DNA of 64,000 nt, taken from NCBI GenBank assembly GCA_951406725.2, contig OX597824.1, forward strand, positions 51,894,001 to 51,958,000. Direction: 5' to 3'. The stretch comes from Octopus vulgaris (Eukaryota). The notes beneath the pieces were generated by a model that saw only the letters and a program-made list of their open reading frames with translations, made no database searches and had not been told where the DNA came from. Positions 39,201-51,890 of the stretch are shown piece by piece (the first letter of the stretch is position 1; each line of letters opens with the position of its first letter). The position numbers and the translations under genes were made by a program.

Positions 39201-40222
39201 TCTTCCGTGGCACTTATGCCATATGGCGTATAGAAAAATGTGACGAAACAGCAACGCACTCCTGCAAACCTTCAGCCTTCGTAGTCAACCCATCGTTGGG
39301 CTGTATATGACGCCATCAGATCGTAGGACGCGTGAGCGCGCGTGTGTATGTATTTTATATCTGTGTGTATGTTTAGCGATATGATGGTTGCTTTCACATC
39401 ATGTTGAGTGTATAACTGATCACAAAAATCCACTTTATTTGGTAAAGTGTCATATTTTACTACACATTACATTATGTGTGTGTGTACGTGTATGTGTGTA
39501 TGTATTTGTGTCTTCATGCATGTATGCGTATATCTGCATACTCGCAGATGTTTAAATACATGTATATGCATTTGTTGTATATGTTTGTATATATGTGTAT
39601 GTATGAATTATGTATTTACACAGAAGCCCTTTATGTTATTTGCCTGTATTCCTGTGCGACTACTGTCAATGTTGTACACACAGAGCTTTGTGCTACGATA
39701 CAGTCGAAGTATAGTAGAAATAATACGTTACGTTAGCATCGCAACTGCTAATTAAAGGAAGTACCTAGTTAGATGTTTGGACAGTCTATTTGTAATGTCT
39801 AACGTAAACAGGAACTGTTCATCTCCAAATATCTTTATTATTATTTCATTTTCTTTTAGATAGTGTTGCTTTGGTTAGTGTTGATTTTGGTTTTAATTGT
39901 AGTTTAGATGCCGTTATGGTCGTCCTTATTGTTGCTGTTGCTTATCTTTTCGCCATTTGTACTTAGGAAACAATATATTTAGTTCAAAATGATTATTAAA
40001 AAAATGTGCATGTGAATATTTCAATGTCCTACAATTCTACTTCAATATTTCAGATAACTTTGTATGTAACTAGTTTCTTTTCTTTCTTTGTATATGTCCT
40101 CACATATACAACGAATACGTACGCGGGTGTACACACAGTGGATATATATTTTTGTATATATATATATTATTTTATTCTTTTATTTGTTTCAATCATTTGA
40201 CTGCGGCTATTAAAATATATAC

Positions 40223-40275
<53 letters not shown>

Positions 40276-40318
40276 CACAAGGAAAGCAAGCCAACAGAAA
40301 TTCATAAAAATATAGTTA

Positions 40319-40380
40319 TCTCCGAATCGGTTCCGATTTCTGGATTAATCCAAAAAGGATTCTTCCTTCATCAGCGAGGA
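40319..40380 (-). ncRNA. Type I hammerhead ribozyme motif (same family as 3746-3806)
   Basis: ccucg CUGAUGA a-gga-ag-aaucc-uuuuu-ggauu-aa-ucc-a GAAA ucgg-aa-ccga UU cggag. Confidence 0.72.
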
Positions 40381-40569
40381 ACACGAAATGAAAATAAATG
40401 GAATACTTAGACATACCCACAGAAAAGCAGACGCAAAGCCATGAATATATTTAAGTGCCCCAAAGCCCTGCGCGAGGGCTTTTGTGCATCCATATCCGTT
40501 AACGGTTATATTTAATGCTTTTTTCGCTGTAGTGTGTGTTCGTTTCTTTTTTGCAACTGTTATTTTTTA

Positions 40570-40830
40570 TTAGTTATTTTCTGTATAAATGAAGCTATAT
40601 CCTTTAATTTGGTACTCTTCTTTACACGAACTGAGAAGGTACCTTGCAGAACTGTTAGTTAACAAGTTATTATATCTATTTATCACCCGAAGGGGCACAT
40701 CTACACCGTTGGATGCTCCTGAACCAGTTGTTACGTATCCCACCCGTGAGGGACCGATGCTAGATGGGTCGAAACAATTGTAGAGATCGATAAGCATTCT
40801 CGTATCTTCCATCTTCTGTTTCGTTATATA
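40570..40830 (+). mobile_element. Penelope-like 3' end with decayed HHR
   Basis: Peptide KLYPL..ELRRYLAELLVNK resembles a GIY-YIG end; 40737-40787 reads CCCGUGA gg-gacc..gguc GAAA caauug UA gagau. Confidence 0.5.
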
Positions 40831-41834
40831 TAAACACTTGCCCTGGGTCCCACGCTGTGGAACTGAACCCGGAACCATGTGGTTGGGAAGCAAGCTTCTT
40901 ACCACACAGCCTTGCCTGTACCTACATGTGTACATCAGTTATTCTAAACTGTTGTGTGCTCTTGACTTTGTTATATTTACAGATCTTTCCTTGTAGTGTG
41001 GCGTCACATTTCAGCTGAGCGTTCGAAATAACAGATATTATGTCAGTATATTAGTGTTGCTTGTATTGATTCAAATGTTACCATCTTGATGTTGATCTGT
41101 TTTGCTGAAACGGTTTAACTTCGTTGCAACATTTAATAAAATACCCAGCAAAGTGGTGTCGGGAACGGAACGAACCAGGATTCTTTCAGTTTCTAGACAC
41201 ACTCAGCATCCTCTCAGCCAGCTGCAATTGATAAAACACCAAACACACTGGATGTTTTTTAGACTCGCCAACAGAATATTCGAAATTTAGCTATTATTGT
41301 TTTGTTTTCCTTTAGAGTCCAACGCAGGGAATTTGTATTTGAATCTGTGACTTAATAAGTAACACACACTCAGACTATTTGTTTTATCCTGTCGAAACCG
41401 ATCTAATTGTTAATAAAGAAGAAAAAAACATAAAACACTTCCAGCAGACGCAGCATTTAATCTCCTCAAAAAACTAGGTTTAAATTCCTCCAACAGGCCA
41501 CATATTAACGTTTGTATCTTTTCTTACTAGAACTGTGAGCTTTCTGCTTGGCTTCCCTTAGTTTGATACAAAGATAAGACGACAAGGAGATTAGGTGTAA
41601 GTTTGTTTCTCACCTAAATTTGTTTTGCTATAACACTAGTCTCTTGCTTTTTTATTCCTTTTGTTTAGCAATAAATATTTCGAAGATTACTGTTATTTTT
41701 ATCTTTATTTACTTTGTGACAGTTTGGAGATTTTTCACAGTAAATTAGACAAAAACATGTTGATTTTCTCGTTTCTTACTTTTCAGTTTTTGTTTCTTAC
41801 TCATTTTTCTTTTTCTTTTCATTTCTGTATAATC

Positions 41835-41906
<72 letters not shown>

Positions 41907-42524
41907 CGTGTAGTCAAATCGCAAATAATGACAACTGAGATGTCGCAAATTAAGGCATTGCCTTCTTTTTCTTCAACAAGTTCAAGTTTGCTTGTTAAAT
42001 GAAAAAAGGAAGCGACTCAGTTATTGTCACGTAATGCCAATACTCTATGGGGACACATGTCGGTCCAGATTACATAGCAGCACTACCCAGCATTTCTGTA
42101 TAGGGATACACCACTGCCAGTTAAAAATTACCTAGAAGCAAAACTCAACACTCATTTGTAAAGAAAAAGTAAAATAATGAGCAAGTTTAAGTTGTCATTG
42201 TCAATAACATTTTAAAACCTATTCCTAGTTTAAATTAAGCTAACAGATGATAAAACGCATCGAAATTAGTAAGAAGCTAACTTTAATTGGCGTATATTAA
42301 TATCTTATTGTAGTGAACTCTCTTGTGGCTTCGGCGAGAGAGGGATTATCAGCACACAGCTGCAAAATGTTCTCAGTTCGATTTCTTACATAGACTTATA
42401 ATCTCAAATATTAACTGTGAACGTCTCTTGTACTTTTGTTGTTATGTGTGTGTATGTGTGTGTGTGTGAGAGTACATATATATATATATCTTCTCGCGCA
42501 CACCCACCTACTGATATACATATA

Positions 42525-42875
42525 GCCGTACTCATGGTTGGTGAGTGTTTAAGCTATCCTCCCCTTCGCAGTGATGAGATTCGACTGAGTGACATCTTGA
42601 ACAAGTGTCTTTTCCCTGACCTCGGACTGACCGAAATGCTGTGAAGGAAACTGAGAAGGTGGAAGCTGTATACAAATTTGACAGATGGATTGTACTAGTA
42701 ATTCAAAGGGACAATCTTGTCCCCCACACACAGTATCTCGCTGATTCAACTTCAGAATTATACTTAAGGTATTAGTGTCTGCAGAATACTCAGCCTTTTA
42801 TACAATAATTCAAGAGGAGGTAGTTCTATGACTCAAACAACTAGAATGCTCCTCGTCGAAACCGACGTAGAACCT
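42525..42875 (+). mobile_element. Diverged CORE-type SINE with alternative tail
   Basis: GAGATTCGACT, CATCTTGAACAAGTGTCTT core; tail shared with 8750-9003 and 49030-49200 (minus). Confidence 0.6.
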
Positions 42876-43584
42876 ATTTACCTGTTTTTACATATAAAAG
42901 ATGAATGAAGGGCGAAAAGCAATGCAGGTCTACACACATTCAAGTGTAGATGTACACATGTATATCTCTCCTCCTTCCACTTCCCTTCGCAATCTCCTCC
43001 TGCCTCTACCCCCTCTCTCCTTTTCTAATACGAAAGATTTCTGTAAAGAAAACCATTACAAGGAGAGACAGTGTGTTCTTAGTTGCAAAGAAAATACAAA
43101 CAAAGTAAAAATAAGTGTAGGAAAACATCTGAAACATCAACAACAAGTAGAATAACAGATGGCCAATCTCGCAACTAATTAGAAGAATTAGCAGAACGAA
43201 CAAACACAACCGATGATTCAATTCTTTGAGCAAAGCTAAAATATGATTTTATCAGAACTAAACATCAATTTGAATACCACCAAGGATCAAACTTCGACGT
43301 ATGTAGAAACTGTCTAACGAGGTCTTGAATGCTTGTCAGTGAGTGCCGCCGACAATGAATATCCATTTAAATGGTGTTTTGTCTTTGAAATCTTTCAAAA
43401 TGTCTTGTGAACTGCTGATCCGTTGCTACCGTTACAGGAAGAACATGTTTCTCTACAACAGTTGACCTAGCGACAATGGAAAAAACTGATCGAGATGGAA
43501 TGACGTGAACATACATGAGATAAGCATTCGTTTTTGTTTTCTCGTTGTCTCTAGATTTCCTACTCTGTCTTTCTCTCTGTACGC

Positions 43585-43650
<66 letters not shown>

Positions 43651-44998
43651 CTATCTCTCTTCCTCTGTACCTCCACTTTCTTCCTGTCTCTGTATAACTC
43701 TCTTTGTGTCTCTATATTACTCTCTATAACTCTGTCTGAGCATCTTCGTCTCTCTGCATGTCCCATATATCTTTCTGTACGTCCCTCTCTGTCTTTCTAC
43801 TGGACCCTTCTATTCTTCTGTATTTGTGCATATTGATTCAGATATTGCTTAACCCTAGGTCAGCATTGATCAAGTATATCCATGATCTAAGGTGCTCCAG
43901 TTATACTCATTCCGTATTCTGTGTTTTGTTTTAAAGCATGCAGCCGTCAACGGGTGCTTGCAAAAAGCCATGAAAGAAGTAAATTTCTACAGACGATGCA
44001 AATAAATATATGTGTACACGCGCGCGCACGCACACGCTCACACACACACACGCACACGTGTACACACACACGTGTACACACACACAGTGCTATATTATCC
44101 AATGTATCCTTTCTTTTTACTTGAGATGCTCAGGTGGGGGTCGGAGGGATATTTAACTCCTCCATCGTCGGCTTGTTCTTTTTTATTTTTTTGTTCTTAT
44201 TGCTATTTTTACTAAGTGGTCGTCACACTCAGATCTGTTTGAATAAAAAAAAAGTATGGAAGTTTGGCAGCCAATCGTATGTTCAGATGCAATTCAATGC
44301 ACCTGAACATACAATTTCCACAACGTATACTAAGGTAGCTGGGAAAACAAGCTTCGAAACAGTCATTTAAACTGTTCTAGACAGCAACCAATTTTTCTTG
44401 CCAAGACTCTACTGATTGACACGTCTTTGGTATATTACTATATTTAATATTATAGAGATTCTCGAGTTAGAACAGGTACAGTCGAATCTAGCTACTTGTG
44501 AGTTCAACCTGAATGCAAGACGGACTACATGTATGACAGCTATCAAATTCTTTCCATCCACATAAACATCCCCCCCATACACACACACTGAGTGTTATAA
44601 CCAATATATACTTTATTTCAAATTGCTTACGAATATTTTATGGAATTAGTTATTATAAATGTGTCGTAGGAGCAAGATTTCACTGAGTAGTTCCTGATAA
44701 GACAGACATATATGCCTGGATTTGTCAGTACCTACCAAAAGATTTATTTACTTTTGATTATATATCTCCATTTGGATTTCAATAAACTTGAATTATGGAA
44801 CTGATTCTTTGCCATTCTTTACTAGAATTTTCATTAGCGGGTGTCGTTTTAATTCATTGAATTTAATATAAATATAATTAGCTCATTATATTTAGTATGT
44901 TAGGCTACAATTATCTATATCGATAAAAATTCATAAAAAATATTTCTATAGGTAGATATGTGCACCAAGGGCTGAATTTCATAGTGATCTAAAAGCTA

Positions 44999-46205
44999 TC
45001 TTACTATAATGGGCGTTATGTCCGTCTGTCTGTTCGTTTGTCCGTTTGTCTGCCCATTTGTCCGTCTGTCTGACCGTTTGTCCGCCTGTCTGTCTGTTCC
45101 CTCCTCACGGTCAAACGGTTGGACCAATGGTCACAATATTTTTCGAGATTATGAAGGAGGTAATCAGGAAGGTTTTTGGTGAAAACAATGTGAAAAAGTA
45201 TGATTATTTAGTGGATATTGGGTTTTGTATTAATTGATTTTTTTTGTGTTAAAATTGAAGCGAAGAGGATTAACTCTGGATTCCCCCACCCATCCCGTAT
45301 AGTTTGTGAATTTAGAGGGTTTAGATTTGCGATACTATCCTTTTATTTCCCATCGTAGATGGGCAAATTCACTATCTGTCCGTCTGTCCGTCTCTTTGTC
45401 TGATCCCGTTTCACGGCCAGACGGCTGGGCCAATGGTTACGATATTTTTCAGAATTACAAAGACGATCGTGAGGAAGGATTTTAGCATTAAAAGATCAGA
45501 AAGTATGATTATTTCGTGGATATCAATTTTTGAATTGATAAACCAGCTTCTCATTGTTATAAAAAATTCACTGACCACGAATAACTCTGGATTTTCATTG
45601 TGTAGTAGTTCGTGGCCCCATCGTAGATACGAAGGGGGTCGCGAGGACGGTTAATAGCGAAAATAAAATGGAAAAAGTGCGTGTCAGTATATAGTGTGTG
45701 TGTGATTATTTAGTGATTATTGAAGTGTGTCAGTCTTGAGCAGGATTCGAAACGGCTAATCGAAGCGGCTGGTACCAGAACATCCACACATTATTCGCAT
45801 AGAAGAGTGAAAGGTAAGTCTTAGTTTGAGTTTTTGCAACCCTAAAGATTCTGCTCGCGCATTCACAGCAAACAAGGCACAGGACCAGATCGTGTAGGTG
45901 TATTTTTACCAACTCGGATGTTTACACGTGGCCAGTCATACGTCGCTATGAGTAGAGCAACGAACTCCAGTAATTTGAAAATTTGTGTCGACCAAACAGA
46001 AAATATCGTTTACAAAGAATTTTTGTAATCATATTGATATTATCGAAAGGAATATGATTCATAATTTAAATATGGAAATTTGTGAACTTTGAATGTATGA
46101 GAGTATAAAAAAGCGTAAAATAGTGTAAACCACTAAAATAAAAGTATATCTAAATAACATTTTTTTTCTTATTACTTTTTATGTAGTGGTCGAAGCAAGC
46201 TCTAG
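44999..46205 (+). mobile_element. Helitron, internally deleted
   Basis: A|TC 5' end, (GTCT/GTCC)n, duplicated 5' segment, Pif1 helicase C-terminal motifs AFTANKAQDQ..DRVGVFL..FTRGQSYVAMSR..TENIVYKE at about 45858-46025, CTAG|T 3' end. Confidence 0.85.
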
Positions 46206-46653
46206 TTCTCTTTAGGAGTGGTCCACATAACTATTCATGATACAGAGTCTGGGAGCCTATTTCAGTTCGGGAGTGAATCGCCATCACATGTCACTTCGTC
46301 GCAAACACATCATATAGCTGCAATAGAATGCTGTATCACCAACAATAATGTGATTTCTCTAAGACATCACCCAGTAATCTATCAAGTCCATTTACACATT
46401 TCTTAATACATACTGCTGTTATGACTTCCCTCCCTCAGTTTATGCCTCCATCGTAGATGGGTAGATTTGCTAGTAAAAACAATAGTTATCTTCGAAGATT
46501 TGATACAGATTATTTTTGAATAATGTATTATATTTCTATTTCTACTGGAGTCAGCCATTGGAATGCAGCCCTGTTGGAGAACCATCGTAAATTGTTTTAG
46601 TGGGTCATGTTTGCCACAATATATTTTTTATCGAAATCAATCGAGTGTAAATG

Positions 46654-46695
<42 letters not shown>

Positions 46696-46714
46696 GTATG
46701 TATAAGAATTTTAT

Positions 46715-46840
46715 ACGTAATAAGATAAAAAACCAAGGCTGTGTAGATATTAGAGCATTTATAGATAAGTCTTACAGCTGTTTCTAGGATATTTATTAAT
46801 TATATTCCTTCATAGGAGACGGTGTGAGAGGATGGTTAAG
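46715..46840 (-). mobile_element. PLE end homologous to 4468-4570, with decayed HHR
   Basis: gucu CCUAUGA a-ggaauau..auauccu-a GAAA cagcug UA agac; between (TA)n tracts. Confidence 0.7.
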
Positions 46841-46911
46841 TCATAGTTTATATATATATATATATATATAATCAATGAAGACGAACAGATAAATATATGC
46901 TGCATATGTTT

Positions 46912-47162
46912 CAAAAGCCAAAAGTCACCTGGCAGTAAATAAAAACCCATTTAATTTCAAGATTAAAACAAAAAATTATTTTATATGAGACTTCGCTAAA
47001 AAATAGACAAATGTTGAAAAAAAAGAAAAAGAAAAGAAAACGGTGACTTTAACTCACAGCATTCAATTATTAAACATTCATAATTGGAATGAATGAACAA
47101 AATTGAATATTAAGTATTTATGAAATTTTGATTTACTGTCGAGTGACTTTTGGCCAACCCTG
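46912..47162. mobile_element. Tc1/mariner-type MITE
   Basis: GCCAAAAGTCACCTGGCAGTAAAT / ATTTACTGTCGAGTGACTTTTGGCCAACCCTG|TA. Confidence 0.75.
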
Positions 47163-47749
47163 TATGTATATAAATATATATATATATATACATATACATA
47201 CACACGCACCACACACATATATGTACGCAGATATATACAAACATGGTGTGGGGATAGACTAAATTTGACAATTTTTATACCTACCTTTTCAAGGAAAACT
47301 TCAATGTATTGGTGAACAGTCAACGGCGTTGGAGAGCATAAAAAATTAAACAACTATGCGATGCTGTTGGAGACTATCATCAATAGAAGCTTTCAAACCT
47401 TACCATGGAAATTGAACCTCGAATTCTGATTAAAATTATTTATGTTGTAATATTGTAGTTATGGTTAAGAATGAAATAATCATACCACAATATAGACTAA
47501 AACAATAAGACACATACAGACAATGAGATTGTTCTTTCAAATTTAACTGCTGCGTTATATCATCTCAAATAATCTTCCAAATGTTTACGTTATTATTACG
47601 ACTCTCAGTTGATTCAAAACTTACTTCACAAGTGCAATTGAAAATTTACAAAGAAATAGGAAATCTTCAGTTGCTTATATATGATCATTGTGCACAACAT
47701 TACCGATGTTCTCCTCATATTCACATCACGGAAAGTATTTTTACAAGTG

Positions 47750-47967
47750 ATATAGGTTTCAAATTTTGGTACAAGGTCAGTAATTGCGAGGGAGGGTGAG
47801 AGCCGATTAGATCGCCCTCCCTGCTCAATTGTTACTTATTTCATCGACCTTAAAAGAATGAAAGGCGAAGTCGACCTCAGTGGAATGTGAACTCAGAACG
47901 TTAATATGAACGAAACGCTGCTAAGTATTCTTCCTGGCGTGCTAATGATTCTGCTAGCTCGTCGCCC
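47750..47967 (-). mobile_element. Nin/Deu-type SINE
   Basis: Reverse complement of the family pattern. Confidence 0.8.
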
Positions 47968-48183
47968 ATTTCTTATAAATAATATTGATTGTGATTATAC
48001 TAAACTCTTGCAGTGTATAAAAACAAAAATATTTAAAAACTGCATGTGATTAATTTTTTTCTTTCTTTATCCTTCCAAAGGATACATTTTTGTTGACTTT
48101 ATTAAGATGAAATGCAAATTTCAAGTTAAATCTGAAACCAAAAAAGTAATAATGATAATAATAATAATAATAATAATAATAAT

Positions 48184-48221
<38 letters not shown>

Positions 48222-49241
48222 TGATGATAATAATAACAGTAATAATAATTCTTATTAGTTAGTATGTGTACTTAATCCTCAGATTACTTCATTGTTAGGG
48301 CAACTGCCATCAGCCATCAGTTAACCAATGCTAACTAGCAACAATAACAACAAAATATAGCAACTACGCACCTAACAACACTATTATCATAACAAGATCA
48401 ATAAAATATATAAACGAACTTCATTGTTTGATCAGCTTTCTTGCTGTAACGAAGGCACGAATATGCAATATGTATGGTAAAATGATCAGCTTGGTCCCAG
48501 AATAGATTAAAGTACGGTAGAGCTCATAGTACAAAACATGATAGATGGCTTAAAGGAAACGAAAGAAAAAGAACCTAAGATGGTTTTATACATCATGTCC
48601 TCGAAACAACAACAACAACAGAAGCAGCAGCTATGACAAGTAAAAATTAACACTCCTAACGTTTTCGTTAGCAATAAAAAGCCAACAAAAACAATACCAA
48701 CACACAATGATTCGCTTGTTAACAATATTAACTAAAATAACAACCAGAGTACCAACAATTGCATTCATGTTAAACTGGGAATCAAGAGGACATAAGGGGG
48801 ATAGCACTGTCAAATTTACGTGGAATCGTTGGGTTGCCGATCCAAAATCCTCCCGCGGAGACAATTCTTCTGGGCAGCAAGAATAAAGGGCACGGCAAAA
48901 GAAGTAACTGTAACATCAGCTGAGATCAAAGTGAGAATCAGAACTAATCGAAGAACATCTACAAATACAGAAGAAACAATTAATTCTAAACAATGGGGAT
49001 TAATCTTCGTCATTCAAAAAAAGCAAAATTCATTTGTTCGCACGAAATAACTTGTAAGTGGCTGAGTATTCCACAAACAGGTGAACTACAAATGCAGTTG
49101 TCAAACTGAAATCGCATACCAGTGCGTGTGTATGAGACAAGGCTGTTTCATTTTAAATTACAGGTACCATCCACCTGACGGGCTTCCATAAAGTTTCCAT
49201 CGACTTCCTCCTCCTCCTACTTTTACAACTACTACTACTAT

Positions 49242-49313
<72 letters not shown>

Positions 49314-50153
49314 CAAGATAATGATGATCACAGAATGGAATTAACTGTCATCATGAAAGCAATAATAAAAAAACTCACCATGGAGAACATTCACTAAAAA
49401 GTAAATCATTTCATCAACAAATGGTAAATACTTGGAAATGGCATCAATACCATCACACGCACCTTTCTCACATAATTAGAAAAAAGAAATCCTGAACCAT
49501 CATCATCATCACTATATACAACACATCACCATTATCACTGTTTGCACCAATAGAAGCAAGAACATCAACCACAATATAACCACAACCACAACCCCACCCC
49601 ACCACCACCACCACCTCCACAACAACAACAACAGTAACATCAATAAGAACACCAACAGCAACAGCGGCAACGCTCGTCATCAGTAAATACGATATTCAAT
49701 GACAGCAAATTTTAAATGCCAAAAGCAACACGTGTATTATGAATATCACCGCTACAACCACTACTACTACCGCCACCACCGTCGCCCCCGTCACCGCCGC
49801 CGCCGCCTCTGCCACCGTCGCCTCCGCCACTGCCGCCACTACCGACGCCACCACAACTAACGTCACTGTCGACAGCAACAATAACAAAATAAGAAAACAA
49901 TTTTAAAACAACACTAACATAACATTAGAATCAAGACAAAAAAAAATGCTGCACATTTCCCATGATAACCGACCATATCAGGAAGAAAAAAATATATATA
50001 AAAAGACAAGTATATAAATAGATATATAAACATAAATAAATAAATAAATAAAAGGACAAATACCAAACCGGCCATACATCTCGTTAAATGCTAAACATCG
50101 TTTAAATTCTTCTTTTTCTTTCATTTCTTTTTAAATATTTTTCAAACTTTCAG

Positions 50154-50183
50154 AACATCTGTTAAATTGGCAAAACCACTCAG
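50154..50183 (+). other. Candidate 30-nt microexon
   Basis: About 50-nt pyrimidine tract, ctttcAG|AACATC..CTCAG|GTAACA. Confidence 0.4.
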
Positions 50184-50222
50184 GTAACACTTGTAACGCA
50201 CACACACACACACTCACACTCA

Positions 50223-50265
<43 letters not shown>

Positions 50266-50383
50266 ACACACACACACGTACACACACACTCACACACACA
50301 CACGTACACACATTCTGACAGACACAAATGTTCATACTCGTGAGTATGTATGTATATACATATTTATTACGTATATATGTACG

Positions 50384-50437
<54 letters not shown>

Positions 50438-50439
50438 GG

Positions 50440-50474
<35 letters not shown>

Positions 50475-50819
50475 CATACATACATTCATATATATATGTA
50501 TATATATAAATACGTATATATATACGTATATATGTATGTATACATGCATGTAACTATACACACGCACACACACATATACTAACCAAAACAACGACATAAA
50601 TATATATCCAAATATATAGACGCAGATACATTTACATTCACAGCACCCACACACTACTATACAGGCAGCTACACGGAAACGCACACGCATACACACTCAC
50701 CTACATATGTACATATACATACCTAAACACTCTTCAGTACACACAAAAACATAAATACACCGCCATACATATATTCGTACGTAAACAAATATATGAATAA
50801 ATAAACATATAAACACAGC

Positions 50820-51050
50820 GCAAACAGCTTCCGATATAGATTTCGGTGGCGCCGGAAGTCGAGTTCCTTACCACACCGTTTCTCATTTTAGCTTCTTTCT
50901 GTAGCGAAAATCGAGCTAATGTGAAGATATTTCAGGAATGCCCAGTCTTGATAGATTTTGCAGTGTTCGTTACCCTCGCCACTCTCGCCGCTTACTTATT
51001 GTAGATATATATGACGGAACCTCTACATACTGCCACACCGTTTTTTCCCT
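50820..51050 (-). promoter_or_regulatory. CpG-rich promoter/first-exon-like island
   Basis: ETS motif CCGGAAGT (50852-50859); minus strand AAAATG AGA AAC GGT GTG|GTAAGG; CCACACCGTTT occurs twice. Confidence 0.45.
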
Positions 51051-51359
51051 CTGTCTCATACACACATAAACACACACACACACACACAATCATGCGCACA
51101 CACGCACACATAAACACGTACATATACAAAATATCCTTATAGACATAAAGCATGAAAATTTGTATGAGAGGGCTAGTCGATTATATCGACCACAGGACTC
51201 ATCTGGTACTTATTTTATCGATCTCCAAAGGATGAAGGGCAAAGTCAAACTTGGCGGTGGGCTGGAAGAGATACTGACAGTCGCCTTAACGATTCTGCAT
51301 GGTTACTCTCGACCTCTTTAAAAGACATGCAGACGTATATCAATATATACATATGCTAA

Positions 51360-51555
51360 GGCGGGGTGCTGGCAGAATCGTTAGCACGTCGGTCAAAATG
51401 CATAGCGGCATTTTGTCCGTCTTCACGTTATGAGTTCAAATTCCACCGAGGTCAACTTTGCCTTTTATCCTTTTCGGGGTCGACAAAGTAAGTACTGGTT
51501 GAATGCTGGGATCCATGTCACCCTAAAACTGTTGGCCTTGTGCCAATATTTGAAA
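51360..51555 (+). mobile_element. Nin/Deu-type SINE with 16-bp TSD
   Basis: Flanked by TCAATATATACATATG on both sides. Confidence 0.88.
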
Positions 51556-51825
51556 TCAATATATACATATGTTTTATCGTTCAGGAGGGCAGGAAATGCC
51601 TGCCCAGACAGGGATAAACCGAAAAACCTGTCCCGAACGCTTGTAACAAAATGCTATCTGTTAGAGCAACTCAAGATGTCACGTGGTAGCGTTAATGAGG
51701 GCGACGGATTAATTCTGTGATATAAAAGTAGATCATGGCAGGATTTGAACTCAGAGCGAGCAGGGTTGGAACAAATATCATTTCGTATTCCATTTGACGC
51801 TCTAATGACTGTCTATTTGCTGCCT

Positions 51826-51890
<65 letters not shown>

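Noticed and set aside
39860-39966. Plus-strand terminal exon with hydrophobic C-terminus (SVALVSVDFGFNCSLDAVMVVLIVAVAYLFAICT*)
   Set aside because: GT-rich low complexity explains the hydrophobicity, and its phase is incompatible with the 30158-30327 candidate.
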